A DNA stretch of 64,000 nucleotides, from the NCBI GenBank assembly GCA_964543705.1, contig CAZIZP010000001.1, positions 71,583 through 135,582 on the forward strand, in the 5' to 3' direction. Made by a program: the position numbers and the translations under genes. The stretch is from an uncultured Chitinophagaceae bacterium (GTDB lineage: Bacteria > Bacteroidota > Bacteroidia > Chitinophagales > CAIOSU01). Numbering within the stretch: the stretch's first letter is position 1; every line of letters begins with the position of its first letter. This document shows positions 53,866 through 62,971 of the stretch, in pieces. The notes beneath the pieces are model-generated. The model had not been told where the DNA came from and ran no database searches. It saw only the letters and a program-made list of their open reading frames with translations.

Positions 53866-55779
53866 ATGAAAAAAATAGTTCGCTTTTCTGCTTTAATCAC
53901 AATAGCTTTGTTTTGGTCTAATCTGCTTTCAGCACAAATTCTTTCAGAAAGCTTTGATGGCGCTACTTTTCCACCTACAGGCTGGACAAATGTAAGGGTT
54001 GCCGGCAGCGCAACACCCGGTACATGGGCAAGAGTAACTTCTGGCAGCAACCCTACTGCTTCTCCTTATAGCGGTGCAGGTATGGCACAATATAATTCTT
54101 ATAGCTGGTCTTCAGGAAATGCAGCTGATTTGGTAACGCCTGTATTAGATTTCTCAGCGGGTAATTTTGCCGTTTCTTTTTGGATGTATCGCGATGCAGG
54201 TCAAGCAGTAAAAAATGACAGAGTAGAAGTTTTTGTAAATACAACGGGGGCATCTGCTGGAGGAACACTATTGGGCACCATTAATCGTAGCACAGCATTG
54301 ACTCCTAATGTTGCAGCTACAGGTTGGTATCAATACACTTTTACAATTCCTGCTTCATTTAACACAGCAAACAATCATATAATTTTCAAGGCCATTTCTA
54401 ACTTCGGAAACAGAATTTATTTAGATGATGTGCAGGTGTTTTTAAATAATGCTCCCGATGATATAACATCTGTAATTGCTTCAGACAATGAAGTGTGTAG
54501 TAATACTTCAGTAATACTTACTGCTAATGGCGTAATAGGTGAAGTATATTGGTATGACGATGCTTGTGGCGGAAACTTGGTTGGCACAGGCAACCCGTTA
54601 ACTATAAACCTAACACAAACTACCACTTACTATGCACGCAATTTTGATAATGGCGTTTTCAGCTTAAATTGCGCTTCTGCAACAGTAACAGTTAATCCTG
54701 TTTACAATATTTCTATTTCAGCAAGTATATGTCCGGGAGCAACCTATACATTGCCCGATGGCTCTACTACCGATATTGACAATGTTTACACCTTTAATCT
54801 TACAAGTGCTCTGGGCTGCGATAGTATTGTTGAAATTACACTTACTACTTCAAGTGTAATTAACACAAGTGTAAGCGAAAGTATTTGCAGGGGAGCAAGT
54901 TATGTTTTTGATGGAAATACTTACACCGATGCTGGGCAATATACTGCTACTTTCACTTCGTCAGGTGGCTGTGATAGCGTAGTTACTTTAGATTTAGCAG
55001 TTATTGAACCTGTTTCAGAAAATATTACAGAAACTATTTGTGAAGGAAAAGAGTATGTGTTTAACGGTAATGCCATAACTGATGAAGGAAATTATAATGC
55101 AACCTTTGTGGCAGCATCTGGTTGCGACAGTATTGTAACCCTTAACTTGGTTGTTGTTGAGTCAGTAATTACTAATTTATCGGAAAGTATTTGCGAAGGC
55201 GATTCTATATTATTTAAAGGAGAATTTATTAAGCTTACAAATAATTACTACGATACGTTGTTGGCCACATCAGGCTGCGATAGCATTGTTATATTGGCAT
55301 TAACAGTTAATGCATTGCCGCAAATTTCGGTTAATGAAAATAACGGAATACTTGAAGCCGATAATTCCACATTTATTTCTTACCAATGGTACCAAAATGG
55401 CAATTTGTTACAAAATGCTGAAAGCAACACGCTAACACCCACAGAAAACGGACTATACTCTGTAATGGTAGAAGATGCAAACGGCTGTAAAAATATTTCT
55501 GATGAATTTGAATTTATTATAGTTGGTAATGCTTTGTTTAGAAATAATGCTGAATGGGCAATCTATCCAAATCCCGCAAAAGATATTATATCTATTAAAT
55601 CTAGCAGCAATAATACCAACTATAAAATAGTTGCTGTTGATGGAAAAGTAGTTATGGATGGTATTATTACAAATTATTTTTCTTCAATAAACATTAGCAA
55701 ATTGAATAGTGGGGTTTATTTTGTTCAGCTTACAAATCATGAAGGCATAATAAGCAATAATGTTTTAGTAAAAGAATAA
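53866..55779 (+). CDS. Secreted protein: choice-of-anchor-J-like N-terminal domain, GCDS repeats, T9SS type-A C-terminal domain (637 aa)
   Basis: Signal MKKIVRFSALITIALFWSNLLSAQ. ILSESFDGATFPPTGWTNVRVAGSATPGTWARV.. Four C.G..Y.F.G......G.Y......GCDS...L.L.V repeats. Tail WAIYPNPAKDIISIKSS...VAVDGKVVM...LNSGVYFVQLTNHEGIISNNVLVKE. Confidence 0.9.
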   Translation: MKKIVRFSALITIALFWSNLLSAQILSESFDGATFPPTGWTNVRVAGSATPGTWARVTSGSNPTASPYSGAGMAQYNSYSWSSGNAADLVTPVLDFSAGNFAVSFWMYRDAGQAVKNDRVEVFVNTTGASAGGTLLGTINRSTALTPNVAATGWYQYTFTIPASFNTANNHIIFKAISNFGNRIYLDDVQVFLNNAPDDITSVIASDNEVCSNTSVILTANGVIGEVYWYDDACGGNLVGTGNPLTINLTQTTTYYARNFDNGVFSLNCASATVTVNPVYNISISASICPGATYTLPDGSTTDIDNVYTFNLTSALGCDSIVEITLTTSSVINTSVSESICRGASYVFDGNTYTDAGQYTATFTSSGGCDSVVTLDLAVIEPVSENITETICEGKEYVFNGNAITDEGNYNATFVAASGCDSIVTLNLVVVESVITNLSESICEGDSILFKGEFIKLTNNYYDTLLATSGCDSIVILALTVNALPQISVNENNGILEADNSTFISYQWYQNGNLLQNAESNTLTPTENGLYSVMVEDANGCKNISDEFEFIIVGNALFRNNAEWAIYPNPAKDIISIKSSSNNTNYKIVAVDGKVVMDGIITNYFSSINISKLNSGVYFVQLTNHEGIISNNVLVKE

Positions 55780-55800
55780 TTTTCAGCAAGAATTACTTGT

Positions 55801-55838
55801 GTCGCTAAAGGTTTGGGGTTCGAATCCCTACGGGTGCA
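55801..55838 (+). other. tRNA 3'-half-like fragment (T arm plus 3' acceptor strand), not a complete tRNA
   Basis: tgggg-ttcgaat-cccta forms a canonical T stem-loop (55814-55830). cgggtgc follows as the 3' acceptor strand, then a discriminator a. The complementary 5' acceptor strand gcacccg and a D arm are absent from the preceding ~75 nt, which are the end of the 53866-55779 CDS. Confidence 0.5.
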
Positions 55839-55842
55839 CTAA

Positions 55843-55886
55843 TAAAAGAAAGGATTTCAGAGTTTTTACTTTGAAGCCCTTTCCCT
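55843..55886 (-). terminator. Imperfect hairpin, possible terminator downstream of def
   Basis: agaaaggatttcagag and ctttgaagccctttcc pair imperfectly. On the minus strand the hairpin is followed by ttttattag. Confidence 0.35.
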
Positions 55887-55941
55887 TAGTATACCAAATG
55901 TAATAAACTTACACAGAAAAAATATCAAAGTCACTTTCAGC

Positions 55942-56565
55942 TTATCTTCTATTTGTCTTTAATGGAAATTTCATTTTGTATTTTACATCTACAAAGCCTT
56001 TTGAAATATTATCAAGCTTATTTTTCAAAAAGCGTTTCTTAATAGGGTTCAGCTTATCGGTAAACAGTATGCCTTGAATGTGATCATATTCATGTTGAAT
56101 AACTCTGGCAGTAAATCCGGTGTATTCTTCAGTATATTTGTTAAAATTTTCATCATAATATTCTATTACTATTGAGTCTAAACGATTCACATCTTCCCTT
56201 ATGCCGGGAATACTTAAACAGCCTTCATTATAAGGCCATGATTTACCAAATTCTTTTAACATTGTAGCATTAATAAACGCTTTTTTTACTCCTGTCTCCC
56301 CTGCAAATTCATCATCATCACTATCAGCAGGTGCTTCATCTATATCGGGCGTCCCTTCTTCTTTTTGCAATACATATGCACTGTCCACTATAAATAAACG
56401 GATGTCTAAGCCAATTTGTGGTGCGGCAAGCCCAACCCCAGATGCTGCATACATGGTTTCAAACATATCATCAATTAGTACCTGTAGGTTATTATAATTT
56501 TTATCAATAGGTCGTGCCACTTTTCTTAAAACAGGGTCACCGTATGCAACAATGGGTAAAATCAT
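55942..56565 (-). CDS. def: Peptide deformylase
   Basis: GVGLAAPQIG, EGCLSIPG and QHEYDHIQG motifs. Contains an acidic insertion (EEGTPDIDEAPADSDDDEFAGETG). Confidence 0.95.
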   Translation of the reverse strand: MILPIVAYGDPVLRKVARPIDKNYNNLQVLIDDMFETMYAASGVGLAAPQIGLDIRLFIVDSAYVLQKEEGTPDIDEAPADSDDDEFAGETGVKKAFINATMLKEFGKSWPYNEGCLSIPGIREDVNRLDSIVIEYYDENFNKYTEEYTGFTARVIQHEYDHIQGILFTDKLNPIKKRFLKNKLDNISKGFVDVKYKMKFPLKTNRR

Positions 56566-56978
56566 TTTTTTATACTTTCTAAATACGATTGTAAAATAAT
56601 AACTGCGCTAATTTTATCAATATTTTCTTTATTTCTTCTTTCGCTTTTTTTCATTCCTGAGTCTATCATGCTTTGAAACGCCATTTTTGAAGTAAACCGT
56701 TCATCATGCAATATTACCGGAATATCAGGAAACTGCTTTTGCAATTGTTTCACAAAGTTATTTACCAATGGGGCCGATTGTGCAGGTAAATTATTTAATC
56801 TTTTTGGCTCACCAACAACAAATAACTCAACAATTTCAGTTTGAATATACTTTTTTAAAAACTCAATTGTTTGGTAACTTGGCACAACATCTAATGATGT
56901 AGCTATTATCTGAAGTGGGTCGGTAACAGCCAAACCTACCCTCTTACTTCCGTAATCTATTGCCAAAATTCTTGCCAT
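56562..56978 (-). CDS. ruvX: Holliday-junction resolvase-like nuclease RuvX/YqgF
   Basis: The ATG at 56978 gives MARILAIDYGSKRVGLAVTD. The listed start at 57002 is a GTG 8 codons upstream. DERFTS motif present. Confidence 0.9.
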   Translation of the reverse strand: MARILAIDYGSKRVGLAVTDPLQIIATSLDVVPSYQTIEFLKKYIQTEIVELFVVGEPKRLNNLPAQSAPLVNNFVKQLQKQFPDIPVILHDERFTSKMAFQSMIDSGMKKSERRNKENIDKISAVIILQSYLESIKK

Positions 56979-57039
56979 TTCTAAACAAAAAAACCGCTCC
57001 ACAAATGTAGAACGGTTAATAAATATATGTTTATTTCAA

Positions 57040-57309
57040 TTAATTTGCGGTCGTATCAAAAGGTGTTACGCTAACAAACTGTTTGTCGTTTTTACCTTTT
57101 TTAAATTCAACAGTGCCATCAACTAAAGCAAAAATAGTATGGTCTTTTCCTAAACCAACATTCTTACCCGGATGAAACTTAGTACCTCTTTGGCGAACAA
57201 TTATATTGCCTGCAATGGCCAATTGACCACCGTACAATTTTACGCCCAATCGTTTACTGTGCGATTCTCTGCCATTACTTGAACTACCTTCACCTTTTTT
57301 ATGTGCCAT
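57040..57309 (-). CDS. rpmA: 50S ribosomal protein L27
   Basis: [39 protein letters not shown]. Confidence 0.97.
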   Translation of the reverse strand: MAHKKGEGSSSNGRESHSKRLGVKLYGGQLAIAGNIIVRQRGTKFHPGKNVGLGKDHTIFALVDGTVEFKKGKNDKQFVSVTPFDTTAN

Positions 57310-57336
57310 GGTATTATAATTTTAACTTTTAAAATA

Positions 57337-57645
57337 TTATGCTATGTTTTCTATTTCAATTTTAGTAAAACTTTGGCGATGGCCATTTTTTACTTTATAT
57401 CCTTTTCTTCTTTTTTTCTTAAATACAATAACCTTATCGCCTTTTAAATGCTGAAGAATTTTAGCTTTTACAGAAGAATTAGCTAATGTTGGAGTTCCAA
57501 CGGTAACACTGCCGTTATCGTCTTTCAGCAATACATTATTTAATTCTACTGAAGCACCTTCTTCACCTGCTAAACGATGAACAAATAATTGCTGACCTTT
57601 TTCAACTTTAAATTGTTGCCCAGCTATTTCTACAATTGCAAACAT
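57337..57645 (-). CDS. rplU: 50S ribosomal protein L21
   Basis: MFAIVEIAGQQFKVEKGQ...KVIVFKKKRRKGY. Immediately upstream of rpmA, as in most bacteria. Confidence 0.95.
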   Translation of the reverse strand: MFAIVEIAGQQFKVEKGQQLFVHRLAGEEGASVELNNVLLKDDNGSVTVGTPTLANSSVKAKILQHLKGDKVIVFKKKRRKGYKVKNGHRQSFTKIEIENIA

Positions 57646-57727
57646 GACTTTTCTTTTATTAGGAGTGCAAAGATAAATGTTTATCTGAATTATTCAAACT
57701 GAAATATAACACTATTATTGAATTGCA

Positions 57728-58360
57728 CTAAAAAACATACAGTTTCAGCACAAAAAGCAAGTATATCATAATCCAAAGAGCATCTACAAAGTGCCAGTAA
57801 AATGCCAATAATTCAATATTTAGCTTCTTGTGAAAATCGGTACTAAACAATAATTCATCTATCGGATTATATAAGCGCATAACAGATTTAATGAAAGATA
57901 TTGCTAAAACCACTATTCCGGGTATAAAATGTAATGCATGCAAGCCTGAAATCATATACAAATAAGAACCTGTTGGAACTGTAGTTATGGTTATACCTGC
58001 AGAAGTAAGCTCATACCAGCCTAATATTTGAAACAAAACGAAAGCAATTCCCAATACAATAGTTATACCTAAAGCATAACGGTAATTCTTCATTTCATCT
58101 TTCTTTAAAGAATGAAGGGCAAAGTGCATTGTAAAACTGCTTATGAGCATTATTAGGGTATTAGCATGAAAAATTGCAGGCAGCGAAAACTTTTGAAAGC
58201 CTTTATTTATTCCTGAATAGAAAAAAGCGGCTATTAATCCTCCAAACAGAAAGGTAATAGCCGCAATAGCAAAAAATAAAAAGAGCTTATTCATGGGTAC
58301 TACCATACCACCCGAATTCCCCCTAAATCTTGCTTGTTCTTTGTACTTAATTTCTTTCAT
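57728..58360 (-). CDS. Haem-copper oxidase subunit III-like membrane protein
   Basis: ..GLHALHFIPGIVVL... and FYWHFVDALWIMIYLLF (the COX3 YWHFVD.VW signature). The start is uncertain. The ATG at 58360 (MKEIKYKEQ..) is preferred over the listed 58441. Confidence 0.75.
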   Translation of the reverse strand: MKEIKYKEQARFRGNSGGMVVPMNKLFLFFAIAAITFLFGGLIAAFFYSGINKGFQKFSLPAIFHANTLIMLISSFTMHFALHSLKKDEMKNYRYALGITIVLGIAFVLFQILGWYELTSAGITITTVPTGSYLYMISGLHALHFIPGIVVLAISFIKSVMRLYNPIDELLFSTDFHKKLNIELLAFYWHFVDALWIMIYLLFVLKLYVF

Positions 58361-58540
58361 AACTGAAAAACAATAATAAAAACCTAAAGTTGCAAAAATT
58401 TTGACATTTTCATTTTTTCTCTTCATTTTAAGAAAAAACACAGTTTTATATCAATGGAAATGTTTTTAATTGAAAGACATTAATAAAAGAACATAAAATA
58501 CTATGGTATATTTTTGACCTGAATTTACAAGCATACAAAA

Positions 58541-59587
58541 ATGATTAAATACGCGTCTGCACATATAAAGCAACTTATTGTACATCAGGTTGGAAATAAA
58601 CAAGAGGGCGAAGATTTGTTTCTTTCTGAAGAAAACTTAATAGTGAACAAATCTGAATTACATAAAATATTGCTGAAATATTTTTTAAATAGTTTTTCAT
58701 CGCCTGAAAGATATGAATTTACAGCTTCAAATAACGACCCTCAACTAAACCCACTATTTCTATTTTCAAACACAGTTTTTGAAAAGCCACGAAAATTTAC
58801 AGAGCAAAGTACAAACTTCGCCAAGCATTTATATGAGAACACACTACACCCAAACATTAAATCGGGCGATTTTTATGTTGCTTTAATAGAAAACATTGAA
58901 GTTGACGGTGAACTTATTGATGCAATTGGTTTATTCAAGTCGGAAAATAAAGATGTGTTTTTGCAACTAAAACAAAACAATGGCAATTTTGAAATTATTC
59001 ATGAATCGGGCATCAACACCGAAAAGCTAGATAAAGGATGTTTAATTCTGAATATAAACAAGGACAAAGGTTTTAAAATTTGTATAGTAGATAAATCAAA
59101 TAAAGGAACGGAGGCACATTACTGGAAAGAGCAGTTTTTAAATTTGAAGCCATGTGCTGATGAATATCATTACACGCAGAACTTTTTAAGCATTGCCAGG
59201 AATTTTGTTACCAAACAACTTGCCGAAGAATATGAAGTAACAAAAGCCGATCAAGCAGCTTATCTCAATAAGTCTATTGAATATTTTAAACAAAATGAAG
59301 AGTTTGACACCACCACTTTTGCAAAAAAAGTTTTTGAGCAACCTGATGTAATTGAATCGTTTAGCAAGTTTAAAAACAATTTTCAAGCTGAAAAAAATAT
59401 AGAAATAGCCGAAGACTTCGCTATTTCAACATCGGCAGTCAAAAAACAGGCTCGTATATTTAAAAGCGTTATAAAACTTGATAAAAACTTTCATATTTAT
59501 GTTCATGGTAAACGCGAGCTTATAGAAAGAGGTGTAGAGCCTGACGGCAGAAAATTTTACAAGATTTATTATACCGAAGAAACCTAG
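58541..59587 (+). CDS. Nucleoid-associated protein (NdpA/YejK-like, Bacteroidetes type)
   Basis: The N-terminal IKQLIVHQVGNK box and ~348-aa length fit the family as I recall it. Confidence 0.6.
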   Translation: MIKYASAHIKQLIVHQVGNKQEGEDLFLSEENLIVNKSELHKILLKYFLNSFSSPERYEFTASNNDPQLNPLFLFSNTVFEKPRKFTEQSTNFAKHLYENTLHPNIKSGDFYVALIENIEVDGELIDAIGLFKSENKDVFLQLKQNNGNFEIIHESGINTEKLDKGCLILNINKDKGFKICIVDKSNKGTEAHYWKEQFLNLKPCADEYHYTQNFLSIARNFVTKQLAEEYEVTKADQAAYLNKSIEYFKQNEEFDTTTFAKKVFEQPDVIESFSKFKNNFQAEKNIEIAEDFAISTSAVKKQARIFKSVIKLDKNFHIYVHGKRELIERGVEPDGRKFYKIYYTEET

Positions 59588-59592
59588 AAAAC

Positions 59593-60486
59593 TTAAAATT
59601 TTTCGACTCCATTGTATTCACCGGGTCTTCCAAACAAGGCTTTGCGTTTATCTGCCCACGTTTTAGCATGTTTTACATCTCTTAGAATATCAACGTATTC
59701 GTGAAACACCAAATATGCCGGGTTGTATGAATTGATAGGCTGTTTCACACCATAATCAGGTTTTTCTCCGGGTTCTACGTAAGTTCCAAATAGTCTGTCC
59801 CAAAAAATAAATAATGAGCCGTAATTTTTATCGATATATACTTCATTTTTCCCATGATGTACTCGATGATTTGTAGGAGTAACAAAAATATATTCTACCC
59901 ATGCGGGTAAAGGTTTTATTAATTCAGTATGTTGCCAAAACTGGTACAAAACATTTATCTGATGAACAATAAAAAACATGATAGGGTCAAAGCCTAAAAT
60001 CACTACCGGCAAGAAGAAAATCAACTTCACTTGGTCAACCCAGCATAACCTGAAAGAAACTGTAAGATTATACTTTTCAGAGGAATGGTGTGTAATATGT
60101 GATGCCCACCAAAACCTTTGTTCATGTGCAATTCTGTGTGCCCAATAGCGACAAAAGTCATAAACAACCATTGCCAGTAAAAACGACCACCATGTTACAG
60201 GCATAATAATATAAGGTGGTGTTATGTAGTAATAAAAAAACCAAACGGTGTAAATAGTAAATATTCCGGTTGCAGCAGTAACTACTAAGTAAACAAGCCC
60301 CACCCCTATTGAGGCTGCCAAATCTTTTTTATTGTATAAATCTAATTTTTTTCGTGTGCTATAGAAATATTCCAAAAAAGCAAAAAAGAACATGAACGGA
60401 GCACCAAGCAACAACAAGTTTGGTGCATTTTTATATTGAGTAAGCATTTCAGTAAAAACTAATTTGCCTGAGGTAAAATCAATCAT
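59593..60486 (-). CDS. Fatty-acid hydroxylase / sterol desaturase family membrane protein
   Basis: His boxes HRIAHE, HITHH and HRVHHG are spread over a TM-rich protein. Confidence 0.8.
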   Translation of the reverse strand: MIDFTSGKLVFTEMLTQYKNAPNLLLLGAPFMFFFAFLEYFYSTRKKLDLYNKKDLAASIGVGLVYLVVTAATGIFTIYTVWFFYYYITPPYIIMPVTWWSFLLAMVVYDFCRYWAHRIAHEQRFWWASHITHHSSEKYNLTVSFRLCWVDQVKLIFFLPVVILGFDPIMFFIVHQINVLYQFWQHTELIKPLPAWVEYIFVTPTNHRVHHGKNEVYIDKNYGSLFIFWDRLFGTYVEPGEKPDYGVKQPINSYNPAYLVFHEYVDILRDVKHAKTWADKRKALFGRPGEYNGVEKF

Positions 60487-60513
60487 TATTAAGTTATGTT
60501 TTTATTAAAAACT

Positions 60514-61524
60514 TTACAAACTTATTAAAAAACTCATAGTATCTATATTATCAGCATAATCCCATAATTCAGGTTGCTGGCTGCTGCCGAAAGGTAAAGC
60601 ATTAAGGTTTTCATTTTCTGCCACTACACATTGTATGGCTTCATTATTACTAGAAATAAATGATTTTACTTCCTGAATATTATTATAAAACTGATAATGT
60701 AATACAGAAACGGGTGTAGCAATTGTTTCGTCTTGATTCAGCATAACATAATCTGAAGCATAGTGCTGTATTTTATTCATAAGTAACAGAGTTCTGTTAT
60801 AGTCATAATTATTTCTGTAGGTCGTTTCATCCATTAAATAGTTAAACTTTCCTTCCCACTCACTCAAAAGCTTTGTAATATCGTACCCTTCAGGTAAAAA
60901 AATCATCGACACATTTCTGCAACCCAAACCGAAATATAGAAACACATCGTTACCTAATTTAAGCAATTGTTCACTAGATTCATTTCCGGTTAATATCGCA
61001 ATTGAGTTTCTGTTTTTTCTAATAATATTAGGATACTTGCCAAAATAATAATCAAAATATCTTGCTGAATTATTGCCTCCTGTTGCAATTACAGCATCAA
61101 TATTTTTAAGCGTTTCAGTAAAAATAATTTTGTCTTTATAATCAGGTTGAATTTCAATAAGTTTAGCTATTATTTCAGGTAATAAAATTTTATCTTTTGA
61201 AGACATTTTTACAACAGCAATGTTGCCCGAAGCCAGTACACACAAAAAATCATGAAACCCTACCAATGGCAAGTTACCAGCCATCACGATTCCTATTCTT
61301 TTGGGCTGATGAATAGGAATTTTGTAACTGCTAAGCCACGTTTTTAGCTTGTTCTCGTTTAAATAATATTCTGAAATAGCTTTTAGCGATAAAATTATAT
61401 TCTCAACCGTAAACCAACGATTGTGGTAATATGCTTTTAGCAGTAATTCATTATTTGTAATAATTTTTTCTTTTATTGCCTTTCCTAATGAAACAAAATC
61501 GGAAATAGTATTGTTAGCGTGCAT
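60514..61524 (-). CDS. Acyl-CoA reductase (LuxC-like) family protein
   Basis: 336 aa. The size, the GIVMAGNLPLVGFHDF and GGNNSARYF motifs, and the divergent ferredoxin neighbour match the Bacteroidetes LuxC-like family as I remember it. Not verified. Confidence 0.55.
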   Translation of the reverse strand: MHANNTISDFVSLGKAIKEKIITNNELLLKAYYHNRWFTVENIILSLKAISEYYLNENKLKTWLSSYKIPIHQPKRIGIVMAGNLPLVGFHDFLCVLASGNIAVVKMSSKDKILLPEIIAKLIEIQPDYKDKIIFTETLKNIDAVIATGGNNSARYFDYYFGKYPNIIRKNRNSIAILTGNESSEQLLKLGNDVFLYFGLGCRNVSMIFLPEGYDITKLLSEWEGKFNYLMDETTYRNNYDYNRTLLLMNKIQHYASDYVMLNQDETIATPVSVLHYQFYNNIQEVKSFISSNNEAIQCVVAENENLNALPFGSSQQPELWDYADNIDTMSFLISL

Positions 61525-61605
61525 AATTAAATGGAAATAAATATTAATTGAAAATCGTGCATTACCTTTACACTCGAATTCAAAAATACCTAAAACACTT
61601 GTTCT

Positions 61606-61953
61606 ATGGCTATAATGATTACTGACGAATGTATAAACTGTGGTGCTTGTGAACCGGAATGCCCTAATAATGCTATTTACGAAGGTGGGGTAGAATGGGC
61701 ATTAAAAGATGGTACGGGCATAAAAGATTCGCTTAAGCTTGTTGACGGCAGAACTGTTACGCCCGATGAAAAAAACAATCCTATTTCAGAAGAGTTTTAT
61801 TACATAGTGCCTGATAAATGTACAGAATGTGTGGGCTTCCATGAAGAACCACAATGTGCGGCTGTTTGTCCGGTAGATTGTTGCGTACCAGACCCAGACC
61901 ACGTTGAAAGCAAAGAAAGCTTATTGGAGAAAAAAGACCGTTTACACATTTAA
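61606..61953 (+). CDS. 4Fe-4S dicluster ferredoxin
   Basis: [12 protein letters not shown] and [22 protein letters not shown] cluster motifs. Confidence 0.9.
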   Translation: MAIMITDECINCGACEPECPNNAIYEGGVEWALKDGTGIKDSLKLVDGRTVTPDEKNNPISEEFYYIVPDKCTECVGFHEEPQCAAVCPVDCCVPDPDHVESKESLLEKKDRLHI

Positions 61954-61977
61954 AGTATTAAAATCGACTTTATATTA

Positions 61978-62010
61978 GGCTGAAATCTTTAACGGTTTCA
62001 GCCTTTTTTA
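61978..62010 (+). terminator. Rho-independent terminator of the ferredoxin gene
   Basis: ggctgaaa / tttcagcc stem with a 10-nt loop, followed by TTTTTTATTT. Confidence 0.75.
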
Positions 62011-62119
62011 TTTATTTGAAGCAGAACCTATAATTTTATCGCTGAAAAAACACATTCTGAATACCACCATAACACATATAATTAACCCTGCCGATAATGG
62101 TAAGCCTGATTCAGAATTA

Positions 62120-62971
62120 ATGCTTACTCAGCCCTTTGCTTTTGAGAGCATGAGAGTTGCGTACCAAAATTGTAAGCATAGAAATCAAATTACTCTTGTT
62201 ACCACTCAATTCGAAGAAGATAAAAAAATTATACCCGATTATTTCAAAATACTTCCTAATTTAAAAAGAAGCGTTATTGATGTAAAAAAATTTAATAAAA
62301 ACAGAAAACTGCCATTAATTAATGATATTCTTCAACAAGCCTTTAAATATTCTGACTCTGAATATATCATATATACAAATACTGATATCGTTTTAATGCC
62401 CTTTTTCTACGATATGGTTTTTGAATACATCGCGGCAGGATACGATGCTTTTGCAATAAACCGAAGAAGAATTTCAAAACAATTTTTTAATTCTGAGAAT
62501 TTAAATGCAGTTTATGCAGAAGTTGGAAAATCGCACCCAGGCTTTGACTGCTTTGTATTTAAAAGAAGTTTCATTCCGGAAATGGTTTTTGCTGATATAA
62601 GTGTTGGCGTTCCATTTTTAGAAGCTTCGTTATTATATAACTTAATCGCTTTTAGTGAAAACTTTAGGTTATTTTATAATAAACACCTTACTGTTCACAT
62701 TGGCATGGAAGTAATGCCTAAAAGAAATGCTGAATATTATTGGCATAATCGAAATGAATTTTTCAAAAAAGTACTTCCTATTTTAAAACCAAAATTAAAA
62801 GCCAATAACTTGCCCTATTCTGAATTGCCTTTTTTTAGAAGAATGTTGAACTACATGTTAAATCCGGCAGTATTCACTCTAATAAATACCGAGTTGGAAG
62901 CGAAAAATTTTATTGATAAACTTCGACTATTAAAAGACGAAATAAGATTTAGTATTCTTCAAAAAGATTAG
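62120..62971 (+). CDS. Hypothetical protein (possibly glycosyltransferase-like)
   Basis: 283-aa ORF. IIYTNTDIVLMP..YDAFAINRRRI is loosely glycosyltransferase-like. The frame stays open ~85 nt further upstream without an ATG, so the true start is uncertain. Confidence 0.5.
   Translation: MLTQPFAFESMRVAYQNCKHRNQITLVTTQFEEDKKIIPDYFKILPNLKRSVIDVKKFNKNRKLPLINDILQQAFKYSDSEYIIYTNTDIVLMPFFYDMVFEYIAAGYDAFAINRRRISKQFFNSENLNAVYAEVGKSHPGFDCFVFKRSFIPEMVFADISVGVPFLEASLLYNLIAFSENFRLFYNKHLTVHIGMEVMPKRNAEYYWHNRNEFFKKVLPILKPKLKANNLPYSELPFFRRMLNYMLNPAVFTLINTELEAKNFIDKLRLLKDEIRFSILQKD

Noticed and set aside
55766-55838. Complete tRNA gene
   Set aside because: Only the T arm and the 3' acceptor strand are recognisable. 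The expected 5' acceptor strand (gcacccg), D arm and a plausible anticodon loop are missing, and the region overlaps the end of a CDS. It is reported as a fragment instead.
56290-56370. Acidic insertion (EEGTPDIDEAPADSDDDEFAGETG) in peptide deformylase as something unusual
   Set aside because: All three catalytic motifs are intact. Surface-loop insertions between motifs 1 and 2 are plausible lineage-specific variation. I cannot judge its rarity without a database comparison.
62011-62119. N-terminal extension of the 62120-62971 ORF (..LSLKKHILNTTITHIINPADNGKPDSEL)
   Set aside because: The frame is open and the peptide looks protein-like. However, there is no ATG, GTG or TTG in frame upstream, so the start cannot be moved with confidence. 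This is noted in the feature evidence only.
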